Shown here in pieces: positions 1 through 9,097 of a stretch of DNA of 64,000 nt. Under the pieces are notes generated by a model. That model did no database searches, was not told the origin of the DNA, and saw nothing but the letters and a program-made list of their open reading frames with translations. The DNA lies in the NCBI GenBank assembly GCA_964408485.1, contig CAYOZJ010000005.1:13203-77202 (forward strand), written 5' to 3'. The stretch comes from an uncultured Gammaproteobacteria bacterium (lineage in GTDB: Bacteria; Patescibacteriota; Microgenomatia; Levybacterales; UBA12049). Numbering within the stretch: position 1 is the stretch's first letter; each line of letters opens with the position of its first letter. Made by a program: the position numbers and the translations under genes.

Positions 1-36
1 CTTGACAAAGCTCTTACAAAACAAAATAATACACAT

Positions 37-828
37 ATGACCTCTATCTATCCTGAATTAAAAATTGATCGCATTAAATCCCCTAACCGCTTTTACGCCG
101 TACCAATAGTCGGCTTTTTAGTAAAACTCATTATGGTAATTCCCGTTGGTATTGAGCTGTGGGTATTAACTATCGCTCAATTTTTTGTGTATGTATTTAA
201 TAGCTTTTATATATCCTTTAAAGGGACATATTGGAAAAGTGCATATCGACTTAATTTGGGCATTATGAGACTGGAAACAAATCTTAATTTTTTCCTTTGG
301 GGACTAACCGATACCTATCCAGGATTTGATTTTAAAACAACAAACTACACTTTAGATATTGCCTATAATAAAAAGCCCAACAGACTTTTTGCAACACCAA
401 TTTTAGGACTTATTATTCGTTTTGTTATGCTTCTTCCGTATTCCATTTATTCTCAGGTTGTATCAACAGCATCATTTATCGCAATTCTTGTTTCCTGGAC
501 AGACGTACTTTTTAAGAAAAAATATCCTGCAACAACTTTCGAGATTGCTAGGGATTCTATTCGCGTTGATCAAGCAGCAAAAATGTATTACCTTGGCATG
601 TCAGACAGTTACCCTTCTTGGTGGATTTCTATGAATCATCAAGGACTCAAAATTCTTCTTCTTATTGCAGCAGCGCTTATTACTCTTTTCCAACTGAATA
701 ACCAAGTACAATCCTACATGCGACTTCCTGAACAAATACAAAAACAAATGGAGCAGCCCAAAACTCATTCAGACTATCAAAGCAAAATAACTTCCCCAGC
801 AGACAACAATTATAACTACTCGTACTAG
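37..828 (+). CDS. Membrane protein with two tandem DUF4389-like domains
   Basis: Two repeats each carrying the YPxL...NR...P(I/V)xGxxxxxIxxxP core and a TDxYPxF / SDSYPSW tail; hydrophobic segments. TTGACA at 2-7 with an A/T-rich -10-like hexamer about 17 nt downstream. Confidence 0.65.
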   Translation: MTSIYPELKIDRIKSPNRFYAVPIVGFLVKLIMVIPVGIELWVLTIAQFFVYVFNSFYISFKGTYWKSAYRLNLGIMRLETNLNFFLWGLTDTYPGFDFKTTNYTLDIAYNKKPNRLFATPILGLIIRFVMLLPYSIYSQVVSTASFIAILVSWTDVLFKKKYPATTFEIARDSIRVDQAAKMYYLGMSDSYPSWWISMNHQGLKILLLIAAALITLFQLNNQVQSYMRLPEQIQKQMEQPKTHSDYQSKITSPADNNYNYSY

Positions 829-858
829 TGGGTTTTAGGAAAATTTACTCTTGTTGGA

Positions 859-1098
859 TCAACTTTTTTTCATTCCTTCACCTCTTGGTCTTCCACGAGG
901 TTTTTCTACTTTATTTATCATATGATAACCCCTTTCACGATCTGGCGTAGGTAATTCAGGCATATCAAGCTGTTCGATATGAGATCTTGCTGCAGCTTTT
1001 GCTGCTTGCTGCTCTGCATTTCGAGCTCTCATTTCCTCTTCACGTTTTAAATAATTATTAACAGTTATCGCGTAAGGACTTTCGTGCTTATCAGTCAT
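859..1098 (-). CDS. Hypothetical small basic protein (79 aa)
   Basis: Intact ORF between flanking genes; Arg/Lys-rich C-terminus; no recognisable family. Confidence 0.3.
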   Translation of the reverse strand: MTDKHESPYAITVNNYLKREEEMRARNAEQQAAKAAARSHIEQLDMPELPTPDRERGYHMINKVEKPRGRPRGEGMKKS

Positions 1099-1137
1099 AA
1101 AGCAACTTTATTATAATAAACTTTCTCCAAAATACAA

Positions 1138-2802
1138 TTGACTTCTTTAATCTCTCCTGAGAGACTATCTTATATGCAATTTCTTAAGCAGATCTCCTGG
1201 AGAGCATATCTAGTCATCTTTTTATTTATTCTCGCCTACTTACTATTAGGAATAATCAAACACAATCACTACTTATCTGGTTACGATTTAGCAGTATCGG
1301 ATCAAGTTATGTGGAAATATAGCGTTTTCCATAATCCTCTTACTACAATTCATGCATATCCTTTTACCTATATGTTTGAGGATCACATTGAATTTATTTA
1401 TGTATTCCTGTCTCCTATTTTTTGGTTGTGGAATACTGTTATTGCGCTTATTAGCATTCAAGCAATATTTTTCTGTCTATCAGGAATTCCCATGTATTTG
1501 CTAGCACGAAAAAAGGGATTACATGAAATTCTTTCACTGACTCTTTTATTTTCTTATTTATTTTTCTTTGGTACACAAAATGCTCTTTGGAATGATGTAC
1601 ACAGCAATGTCTTTGGCGTAAGTTTTCTTGCATGGATGATTTATTTTCTTGAATCAGGAAATACTCTTTGGCTTTGGATTAGTTTTTTCTTTTGTATTAC
1701 AGCAAAAGAAGACATGGCATTTTTAACTGGCGCGGTTGGAGCTGTGTGGCTTCTCAAAAGCGTAAAGCGTAAAGCATTAAGCGTAAAAAACTTAAAGCCT
1801 GTCATCTCGAGCATGCCGCTTCGGGGAAGCAAATACTCTTGGGGTAATGCGAGAGATCTCGTTGAAAGATTTCTCACTTTCGTTCGAAATGACAATATAA
1901 AAACCTCACTCCTTCTTATCTTCTTTTCCCTTTTCTATCTTCTTTTAGTATTTGTTGTATACTTTCCACACTTTACCCCAGGATATAGATTTTCCGGCAA
2001 TGAGAGTCTCCTTGCAAACACACTCCATTGGAATTACTTAGTTGATACAGTGTCAAAGCGACAAATCATTGTCTACTCATTGGGTTGGTTTGGATTTTTA
2101 CCTATTCTAAGTCCATTGTATTTACTCCCCTGGTTTGCAGATATTTTTCATTTCTTTGTCTTAGGACATGCAGTAGATTCTGCAGCAGAAATTTTTCTCC
2201 ATTACCGAGTAAGCATGGCGCCACTTCTTCTTTGGCCAACAATAGAAGGAATACAATTCCTCCTGCAAAGAGCAAACAGACTACCGACTACCGCTGCAGT
2301 CCGTAGTCCGAAAGCCCTAGGCACTACTCTTCAGCTTTTTCTTGCTCTCTACCTTCTTGTTTGCGCTTTTGCTTTACAATACACGCTTCACCTTCCCATA
2401 AGCTATTTGACCAAATCCTGGTTTTGGCATACACCTGCCTCTGTTATAACGATAAACAATACGCTCAAGTATTTACCAAAAAATGCATCTGTTGTTAGTC
2501 AAAATAATATTACGCCACACATTGCCCATAGAGACACTATTTTTACGCTTTGGCCAACTACCAATGGATTTAAAACGCTTGCGGATTCTCCTTGTGGTAA
2601 GTTGACTTGTCCATGGTTTCACTGGGTTGGTAATCCACAGTACATGATTGTTGACTCGTCAAGCGATTTTGATATTCGTCACTTTCTCCAAAATAGACCT
2701 GACTTTTTGGACGCCCTGAATACATTTGAAAAACTTAAAAAAATATCTGTAGTCCACCGTGAAGGCACCACTACTTTGTATAAAGTTCTTCAAAATCCAT
2801 AA
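1138..2802 (+). CDS. Polytopic membrane protein, DUF2079-like
   Basis: N-terminal GYDLAVSDQVMW motif and many TM segments resemble the DUF2079 family. Start uncertain: TTG at 1138 or ATG at 1174. Carries in-frame repeat insertions C1 (1758-1790), A4 (1815-1837) and B3 (1869-1894). Confidence 0.5.
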   Translation: MTSLISPERLSYMQFLKQISWRAYLVIFLFILAYLLLGIIKHNHYLSGYDLAVSDQVMWKYSVFHNPLTTIHAYPFTYMFEDHIEFIYVFLSPIFWLWNTVIALISIQAIFFCLSGIPMYLLARKKGLHEILSLTLLFSYLFFFGTQNALWNDVHSNVFGVSFLAWMIYFLESGNTLWLWISFFFCITAKEDMAFLTGAVGAVWLLKSVKRKALSVKNLKPVISSMPLRGSKYSWGNARDLVERFLTFVRNDNIKTSLLLIFFSLFYLLLVFVVYFPHFTPGYRFSGNESLLANTLHWNYLVDTVSKRQIIVYSLGWFGFLPILSPLYLLPWFADIFHFFVLGHAVDSAAEIFLHYRVSMAPLLLWPTIEGIQFLLQRANRLPTTAAVRSPKALGTTLQLFLALYLLVCAFALQYTLHLPISYLTKSWFWHTPASVITINNTLKYLPKNASVVSQNNITPHIAHRDTIFTLWPTTNGFKTLADSPCGKLTCPWFHWVGNPQYMIVDSSSDFDIRHFLQNRPDFLDALNTFEKLKKISVVHREGTTTLYKVLQNP

Positions 2803-2873
2803 TTTAATCTTTGTCAGGATTATGTCAAGCAACTATTGACTATAGGTATATAATATATTTAGAGGATAAATAT

Positions 2874-3143
2874 ATGGCTCAAGAACCAGAACCAACACTA
2901 TTAGAAGATGTAACAACAGCAATAGGACATGTTTGGAATGGAGCTAATCATGCATCACGTTTTCATCGTCATGTAAGCGATGGACCCAGAATACCAGGTA
3001 AATTGGGCAAAGTAATTCATGCAGCAGAAGGAGCAGGAGTACTTGCTGCATTTGCCATTACTGCGCTTGAACTTAAAGGACATGTGGATGCAGCTCGTAC
3101 TAGAAGGTCAGGACCTAATAAACCTCAGGTTGGTGGACAATAA
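2874..3143 (+). CDS. Hypothetical small protein (89 aa)
   Basis: ATG preceded by agaggataaatat (SD-like) inside listed ORF 2811-3143; no family recognised. Confidence 0.3.
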   Translation: MAQEPEPTLLEDVTTAIGHVWNGANHASRFHRHVSDGPRIPGKLGKVIHAAEGAGVLAAFAITALELKGHVDAARTRRSGPNKPQVGGQ

Positions 3144-3163
3144 AGTTTCCTTACTTAAGGAAT

Positions 3164-3817
3164 TTACAGTAAAATTGTCGCCAAAAGTCCCATTGCCACC
3201 CCCAGTATACTTCCTCCTATGACATCGCTTGCCCAGTGCTCTCCTAAGTAAATTCTGCTAATAAGCATTATTATATCGTATATAGCTATTCCAGCATAAA
3301 TGATATATTTTTGTGTCCGAGAAAGTTTTTTATTTTTCCCAACCAGTATCCCCAAAAATGCTGTCAAAAAGAGTGCTCGACCAGCATGACCCGAAGGATA
3401 TGAATTAGTTGCTTGTACGTAAAACTCAGGAAAGGTAAAAACATCATGAGTACGGAGTAAAAAATGAGGAGGTGGCAAATGGTGAACAAATGCTTTGCCA
3501 TAAATCTCCAAAAAATGCATGAGACCATAAAAAAATAATGCCCCAACAACTACTAACCACTTCCTGTGTGAATAGCTATATATTCCAGCGATAAGAAGTA
3601 AAACAATAGTGACAATCTCAAACTTCCCAATATCACTAAAAAAAGAAAATAGCCCGTCAAACCGTCTACTTACATGGTGTTGAAGTCGTACTGTTGTATT
3701 AAAATCAAAATGGACAAAAAGATTAAGATGCACCAAATACGAAAAAGCGACAAATAAAAGAAGTGTCCCAAGGCCAAACCATACTAGAATCCATGCTTCA
3801 CGAGAAATTTTCACCAT
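3164..3817 (-). CDS. PAP2-family phosphatase (phosphatidic acid / undecaprenyl-diphosphate phosphatase-like)
   Basis: Has the PSGH and SRxxxxxHxxxD motifs (PSGHAGRAL, SRIYLGEHWASDV) and about 6 TM segments. Confidence 0.75.
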   Translation of the reverse strand: MVKISREAWILVWFGLGTLLLFVAFSYLVHLNLFVHFDFNTTVRLQHHVSRRFDGLFSFFSDIGKFEIVTIVLLLIAGIYSYSHRKWLVVVGALFFYGLMHFLEIYGKAFVHHLPPPHFLLRTHDVFTFPEFYVQATNSYPSGHAGRALFLTAFLGILVGKNKKLSRTQKYIIYAGIAIYDIIMLISRIYLGEHWASDVIGGSILGVAMGLLATILL

Positions 3818-3915
3818 AATTTATTCTAACATAGGATAACGACTGCATGAAGGATTTAAAACACTCCCAAGTGCAGTATTTTTTTTAAAAACTATATGAT
3901 ATAATATCCACAATT

Positions 3916-4173
3916 ATGGTAGTAGAAACGCAAGGAGAATTTTGTTCAATCAAGGTTGTTAATACGGCAGAACGAATGAACAACTTTGATCCCGCTAATA
4001 CAGCAGCAACGCTAGAAGCCGTAGACAGACTGGGAACATCAAGTTTGAGAAGAAGAATGCCGGGCACATCTTCTTCAGCCGACGTTGATGCTTTTTATAG
4101 AAATGGCGGTCATGTACAGGTAAAACAAGCAATTGCACGCAGAAATGAACTAAGAAAACAACATCTCCTCTAA
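3916..4173 (+). CDS. Hypothetical protein (85 aa)
   Basis: ORF only; no motif recognised. Confidence 0.2.
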   Translation: MVVETQGEFCSIKVVNTAERMNNFDPANTAATLEAVDRLGTSSLRRRMPGTSSSADVDAFYRNGGHVQVKQAIARRNELRKQHLL

Positions 4174-4259
4174 ATCATACCTCTTCTTTCCATTTATTAT
4201 AAGTCTCTTTCTTGCCTCTTTTTAAACATTCTATTACACTTATAGGCTTAAATTCGTGC

Positions 4260-4288
4260 TTGACAAAGAGTTTAATGGTTGCTATACT
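4260..4288 (+). promoter_or_regulatory. Sigma70-like promoter TTGACA-N17-TATACT
   Basis: TTGACA 4260-4265, 17-nt spacer, TATACT 4283-4288, 9 nt upstream of ATG at 4298. Confidence 0.5.
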
Positions 4289-4297
4289 TTACGTAAT

Positions 4298-4528
4298 ATG
4301 GCAATTGATGTTCAGCGACCAACAAATCTTCTAAAAGAATTGGCAGAGAAATTTTCTGAACCAGTAGCACGCAGAAATCCTGTACCCTCAGCAAAAGCTT
4401 CAACTCACGAAGCTTATTTAGCCACTTTACAACGCCCAAGCAGATCTCGTGATCAACTACGACTCGCTCGACACAATGCAGATCAACAGCATACGCATGT
4501 CTTAGGTTTTCTTCTTCGAAATAAGTAA
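4298..4528 (+). CDS. Hypothetical small protein (76 aa) with near-leaderless start
   Basis: ATG 9 nt after a perfect -10; in frame with listed ORF 4256-4528. Confidence 0.35.
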   Translation: MAIDVQRPTNLLKELAEKFSEPVARRNPVPSAKASTHEAYLATLQRPSRSRDQLRLARHNADQQHTHVLGFLLRNK

Positions 4529-4650
4529 TTCCCTTCCTTTTTGAACCCTTAACTTTTTTATTAACCCTACTCTACCTTCAACTCTTTGAGCAATTTCTTG
4601 AATTCTCTATCCTATTTGACTTCCATTTTTCTTTTCCATCATAATAAAGC

Positions 4651-5988
4651 ATGGCTATACAACCCGGCACTCCAGAAATTACACCACCTAAAGCTAAAAG
4701 CACCAAGGATACTCCTCCATTAACTCCCTTTCATTCTCAATATGTGGAACGTTTAGGACCTAATGGCGAAATAACCAGGTATCGGCTGCGTCAGTCAGGC
4801 GAAGGAAACTCAGGCAACTTGTATGACCTATCTCATCCTGATGTAGATTTTTGGCGAATAAACCAATATAGAACCCTTATGGAAAACACTATTAAGCCAT
4901 ATAAAGTCTTGAGCTCAAAAATGCATGACATAGAACTTTTTTCCAAACCGGAATCAAGACAGCGCCCTATTGTACAAAAGAACTTACAAGACAGCCTAAA
5001 TCAATTACTTGGAGGAGCAACTATCCTTTCATCAGAAATATCTCGCACCATGCGAGAAGCAACTCAAGAAGGAAGTGTAGCGCTAACTATTGGTTCATTT
5101 TTTAAGCATGTTGCCAATGATGGACCAAGGAGTAATTTAGAAATACCTCTTTCTTGGCTTGCAACATCAAGCTTTGAGGGTTATACCATGGTAGATACTC
5201 TCGCTCGATATGTTTATGGAGTAAAAGCAGAACCGGCTGATATAACAACACAAAGAGAATCTCAACAGCAAGACATACCTCAAAGGCTTGAAAAACTGCT
5301 TGATACACAGATTCCTATGGATGTTTTGAAAAGTGCAGCAGAACGCTTGCGAAAAAATCCAGTAGGCATAACGCTCAGCATGCTTTTGCAAGAAGTAAGT
5401 AGATCTTATCCCCCATTCATGGACAATATTGCAGAAAATCTTTCGAGCCAACAACCAATAGAACAACAGTCTGCCCACCTTATGCTGAAAACTTTTCAAG
5501 AATTTATTGCTACCTATCCTGAACCCATGCTCATAAAAGATCCACCGTGGAAAGAATGGTATAACCGCATAAAAAATAATCGCCTATTGGGAAAACCACT
5601 ATTCTCTCGCCAATCCTTTACACCAGAGGAAATGCTTAAAATACTGATAGGAGCTAAAAGCAGAGATAAAAGCATATCTAAAAAAACAGATCAGTTTATG
5701 AGCGCCTTGCATAATGCACCAAGTCAGGTTGGTAAAATGACTATGAATGATGCAATGGAACAAGTGAAAAAAACTTATCCTGATGGAATAATTCCTGGAA
5801 TAGAAGCTGCTGCAAAAACAAATGCAGCATTAAATAATCAGCCCTTCGAAGGAAGACTTCCTCTCTCACCGAATCAGGAAAGATATATAAGAAGAGTACG
5901 AAAAGAAGACAGAGAGAGCATACGATACTATCTGGAGCAGAATAACTACTTGCTTAATTTGTATCAGAAATATGTAGGCTTATTTTAG
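4651..5988 (+). CDS. Hypothetical protein (445 aa)
   Basis: Long intact ORF; no family recognised. Confidence 0.5.
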   Translation: MAIQPGTPEITPPKAKSTKDTPPLTPFHSQYVERLGPNGEITRYRLRQSGEGNSGNLYDLSHPDVDFWRINQYRTLMENTIKPYKVLSSKMHDIELFSKPESRQRPIVQKNLQDSLNQLLGGATILSSEISRTMREATQEGSVALTIGSFFKHVANDGPRSNLEIPLSWLATSSFEGYTMVDTLARYVYGVKAEPADITTQRESQQQDIPQRLEKLLDTQIPMDVLKSAAERLRKNPVGITLSMLLQEVSRSYPPFMDNIAENLSSQQPIEQQSAHLMLKTFQEFIATYPEPMLIKDPPWKEWYNRIKNNRLLGKPLFSRQSFTPEEMLKILIGAKSRDKSISKKTDQFMSALHNAPSQVGKMTMNDAMEQVKKTYPDGIIPGIEAAAKTNAALNNQPFEGRLPLSPNQERYIRRVRKEDRESIRYYLEQNNYLLNLYQKYVGLF

Positions 5989-6867
5989 ATCCAACTCTTT
6001 GAGGAATTTTTTGAATTCTCCATTCAATTCTTCATGCTCTAGTGCCATTTCTACAACTGTTTTCATATATTCCAGCTTATTTCCCGTGTCATAATACCGA
6101 CCATTTTCTATTTCTACTGCGTACACTGGGACTCCTTGCTTTTCTAGCATATTAATTGCATCAATAAGCCAAATTTCTCCACCTTTTCCCGGCTCAACTT
6201 TTCGCAGTGCTTCAAAAATTTCAGGAGGCAAAATATATGCGCCGTGTGTTGCCAAGTTACTTGGAGCCTCATCTGGCTCTGGTTTTTCTATAATTGCTTT
6301 AATTTTAAATACCTTATCCTCCCCTGGTACAGCTTCCAAATCTGCTATTCCATAGCGCTTGAGGTCTTCTTTTTTATCTATTCTCACGCCGGAAATAACA
6401 ATACCGCCGTATTTTTCGTACACTTCAATCATTTGCTGAAGGCGTGGAGGCTTACTGTAAATAAACTCATCTCCCCAGAGGACGGCAAATGGTTCATTTT
6501 CTATTGTTGGCTCAGCTGCTAAGACCGGTGTTCCATTTCCATACGGACCTTTCTGCCTCACATAAATAAAATTGGCCATTTCAGAAATTCGCTCTGTCTC
6601 TTCAAGAAGCTTCTGCTTTTTTCCCATTTCTAAGTTGGCAATAAGCTCAGCATTTGGCTTGTCAAAATGATCCTCAATTGCTCGCTTAAGCGAGCCTGTA
6701 ACAATAATAATATCCTCTATACCTGATGCAACGGCTTCTTCTACAACATACTGAATAACCGGTTTATCAACTATGGGAAGCATTTCTTTTGGCATTGCCT
6801 TTGTCTGAGGGAGAAATCGGGTGCCAAAACCTGCGGCTGGGATAACGGCTTTGCGTATCTTTTTCAT
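5980..6867 (-). CDS. galU: UTP--glucose-1-phosphate uridylyltransferase
   Basis: N-terminal KAVIPAAGFGTRFLPQTKAMPKEMLPIVDKPVIQY is a classic GalU signature; length fits. Confidence 0.9.
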   Translation of the reverse strand: MKKIRKAVIPAAGFGTRFLPQTKAMPKEMLPIVDKPVIQYVVEEAVASGIEDIIIVTGSLKRAIEDHFDKPNAELIANLEMGKKQKLLEETERISEMANFIYVRQKGPYGNGTPVLAAEPTIENEPFAVLWGDEFIYSKPPRLQQMIEVYEKYGGIVISGVRIDKKEDLKRYGIADLEAVPGEDKVFKIKAIIEKPEPDEAPSNLATHGAYILPPEIFEALRKVEPGKGGEIWLIDAINMLEKQGVPVYAVEIENGRYYDTGNKLEYMKTVVEMALEHEELNGEFKKFLKELDLK

Positions 6868-6948
6868 TATGAGTAATTGCTATTGTACCCAAGAATCTCT
6901 TTACTTGTCAATCCAAGTTTGATACAATATCTGCTAGATCAGTACGTT

Positions 6949-7131
6949 ATGACCACACCGGTAACCTTTTTACAGCAAGTCTACGCAGAACTGAAAAAGG
7001 TCACCTGGCCGACAAGGCAAGAGATTGTGAGGCTAACAGCAACAGTTATCTTGATAAGCGTCATTGTGGGAGTATTTATAGGTGGACTTGACTTCATCTT
7101 TACTTCACTCCTTCAACTGGTTGTTAAATAA
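6949..7131 (+). CDS. secE: Preprotein translocase subunit SecE
   Basis: 60-aa protein with a single TM helix and the motif ELKKVTWPTRQE, immediately upstream of nusG. ATG at 6949 is preferred over TTG at 6877. Confidence 0.8.
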   Translation: MTTPVTFLQQVYAELKKVTWPTRQEIVRLTATVILISVIVGVFIGGLDFIFTSLLQLVVK

Positions 7132-7139
7132 TCAAACTT

Positions 7140-8105
7140 ATGACAGACGATACAACAAAATTAGTAGAGGAAGCCATGGAAGAGGCTCAGGACGAACCTA
7201 CTACAGTAACAGAAACAGAAGAAGTTTTCAAAGAGCAAACTCCTGCAGAAAAAGCAGAAGAAGTAGTTGAAGAAGAATCGAAAGATGAAGAAGCAACTGC
7301 ACCGGAGCTTATTGCAGAAGAAGCAGTTGAGCTTGAAAACAAGCCTGAAGAATCATCCGACGCCGAGGCTATGGATGACAAGCCTCAAGTAGAAGAAGTT
7401 TCCAATGAAGAAATAAAGGTTGAAGAAACACCAGTAGAAGAATCCCCTGTCATTTCGAACGAAAGTGAGAAATCTAATACAGACGAGATTGCCGCGTCGC
7501 AAGCTCCTCGCAATGACGATAAGAATGATGAAAAACCTCAAGATGTTTTAGCTGAAGAGAAAAAGGAAATTGTTATTCCAGATAATGCAAAATGGTACAT
7601 TATTCATACCTATGCTGGGCACGAAAATAAAGTGGCAAAAGCTCTTAGACAGCGAGCAGAAACCATGGGTTTTGCAGATAAAATCTTTGATATTATTGTC
7701 CCAACAAGAGAAGTTACTAAAGTTGCAGGCGGTAAAAAGTCTCAAGTCCAAGAAAAAATCTTCCCAGGATATGTTATTGTCCGAATGGTCTTAACTGATG
7801 AGTCATGGATTTTAGTGCGCACTACTCCAGGCGTAACAGCCTTTATTGGTGCAGGCAATAAGCCAACCCCAATCTCAGAAAAAGAAGTAGAAGCAATCCA
7901 GAAATTTATGAAGGTAGAAGAACCTTTATACAAAGCATCTTTTGTTGTTGGTGAGGCTGTAAAGATAGTCGATGGTCCATTTGCTGATTTCTTGGGTACT
8001 ATTGATAGTATTGATGAAACAAAAGGCAAACTTAGAGTGTTAGTCTCTATCTTTGGTCGAGAAACACCAGTTGAGTTAGACCTTTTACAGGTTAGTAAAA
8101 TCTAA
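7140..8105 (+). CDS. nusG: Transcription termination/antitermination factor NusG with a ~140-aa acidic N-terminal extension
   Basis: NGN domain (KWYIIHTYAGHENKV) and KOW domain (FVVGEAVKIVDGPFADFLGTI). The Glu/Asp-rich N-terminal extension contains in-frame repeat element B1 (7449-7517). Confidence 0.9.
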   Translation: MTDDTTKLVEEAMEEAQDEPTTVTETEEVFKEQTPAEKAEEVVEEESKDEEATAPELIAEEAVELENKPEESSDAEAMDDKPQVEEVSNEEIKVEETPVEESPVISNESEKSNTDEIAASQAPRNDDKNDEKPQDVLAEEKKEIVIPDNAKWYIIHTYAGHENKVAKALRQRAETMGFADKIFDIIVPTREVTKVAGGKKSQVQEKIFPGYVIVRMVLTDESWILVRTTPGVTAFIGAGNKPTPISEKEVEAIQKFMKVEEPLYKASFVVGEAVKIVDGPFADFLGTIDSIDETKGKLRVLVSIFGRETPVELDLLQVSKI

Positions 8106-8106
8106 T

Positions 8107-8331
8107 ATGGCAGGAGAACTTACATTAAAGCAAAGGTTTGTAGGAAAATCCTCTGGAAGACCATCAGGTGGAGTCGTCTATGATACAGAAAAACGAGCTT
8201 TCACGGATGGAAGAGATGCTGAACCTGCCACGCGAGCTGAAAAACTTGCTGTCGCAGGAACCGGAGGAAGAAGGCCAAAAAGTGGTTCAGTATGGGTATT
8301 TAATCAAAGCGGAGAAGCAATAAAGCTATAA
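8107..8331 (+). CDS. Hypothetical small basic Gly-rich protein (74 aa) in nusG-rplK insertion
   Basis: ATG 1 nt after the nusG stop; GC-richer than its surroundings; no family recognised. Confidence 0.3.
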   Translation: MAGELTLKQRFVGKSSGRPSGGVVYDTEKRAFTDGRDAEPATRAEKLAVAGTGGRRPKSGSVWVFNQSGEAIKL

Positions 8332-8335
8332 ACTT

Positions 8336-8560
8336 ATGTCAGACAGAAAAACTATATCAAATAAAGCAGCCAAAAGAAGAAGGGGTGGAACAAACCAGGA
8401 GTTTGCTGGGGTAGTTGCACCAAAAAGTGAATCAACCCAATTAACAGAATTACACTTGCATCAAGAACGAACCGGGACAGTACCACCGTCTACTCCTAAG
8501 CGTAAGGTTTTTGATCCGTTTGGTCGGTGGAGTAAAGCAGATGGGAGAAATATAGAATAA
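8336..8560 (+). CDS. Hypothetical small basic protein (74 aa) in nusG-rplK insertion
   Basis: Tightly packed between the preceding ORF and rplK (stop 1 nt before the rplK ATG). Confidence 0.3.
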   Translation: MSDRKTISNKAAKRRRGGTNQEFAGVVAPKSESTQLTELHLHQERTGTVPPSTPKRKVFDPFGRWSKADGRNIE

Positions 8561-8561
8561 T

Positions 8562-8981
8562 ATGGCTAAAAAAATAAAGACATTAATTAAATTAAATATT
8601 CCAGCCGGAAGTGCAACACCAGCACCACCAGTTGGTACAGCTTTAGGCCCACACGGACTTCCTATTATGGAATTCGTGAAAGCATTTAACGACAGAACGC
8701 AAGATCAAAAAGGCAATATCTTACCAGTTGTTATTACTGTCTTTGAAGACCGAACATTTAGTTTTATTACCAAGCGCCCACCTATTGCTGAAATGATTAA
8801 AAAAGCACTAGGAAGAGCAGGATCTGGTAAGCCAGGAAAAGAATCAGCAGGCACACTTTCTATGACACAAGCTCGAAAGATTGCAGAAGATAAATTGGAA
8901 GATTTGAATACAGACAACGTAGATCAGGCAGTAAAAATCGTTGCAGGAGTAGCACGAAGTATGGGAGTAGAAGTCAAGTAA
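8562..8981 (+). CDS. rplK: 50S ribosomal protein L11
   Basis: MAKKIKTLIKLNIPAGSATPAPPVGTALGPHG is the canonical L11 N-terminus. Confidence 0.95.
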   Translation: MAKKIKTLIKLNIPAGSATPAPPVGTALGPHGLPIMEFVKAFNDRTQDQKGNILPVVITVFEDRTFSFITKRPPIAEMIKKALGRAGSGKPGKESAGTLSMTQARKIAEDKLEDLNTDNVDQAVKIVAGVARSMGVEVK

Positions 8982-9097
8982 AACTTGAAGATACGAATTC
9001 ATGCAAATGGTTACTCCAAATGAATCCAAATAAAGGAATATTTGGATCAATTCGGACTAATAATTCGGATACATTAGGTATTTCCTGAAAGGAATTT

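Noticed and set aside
422-634. Short ORFs nested in or antisense to longer genes (422-634, 1451-1633, 1641-1895, 2085-2306, 3364-3549, 5102-5499, 6244-6522, 7187-8029, 8705-9831, 17861-18289, 21519-22139, 24937-26250, 27181-27508, 28866-29371, 41583-43133 and similar)
   Set aside because: Each is embedded in a gene with strong homology-type evidence on the other strand or frame, and shows no motif or packing evidence of its own.
8240-8280. gcaggaaccggaggaagaaggcc resembles the SRP-RNA domain IV motif (GGUCCGGAAGGAAGCAGCC)
   Set aside because: The flanking sequence cannot form the helix 8 pairing, the AGCAG and GNRA elements are not in register, and the segment lies inside a plausible ORF. 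It was judged a chance similarity.
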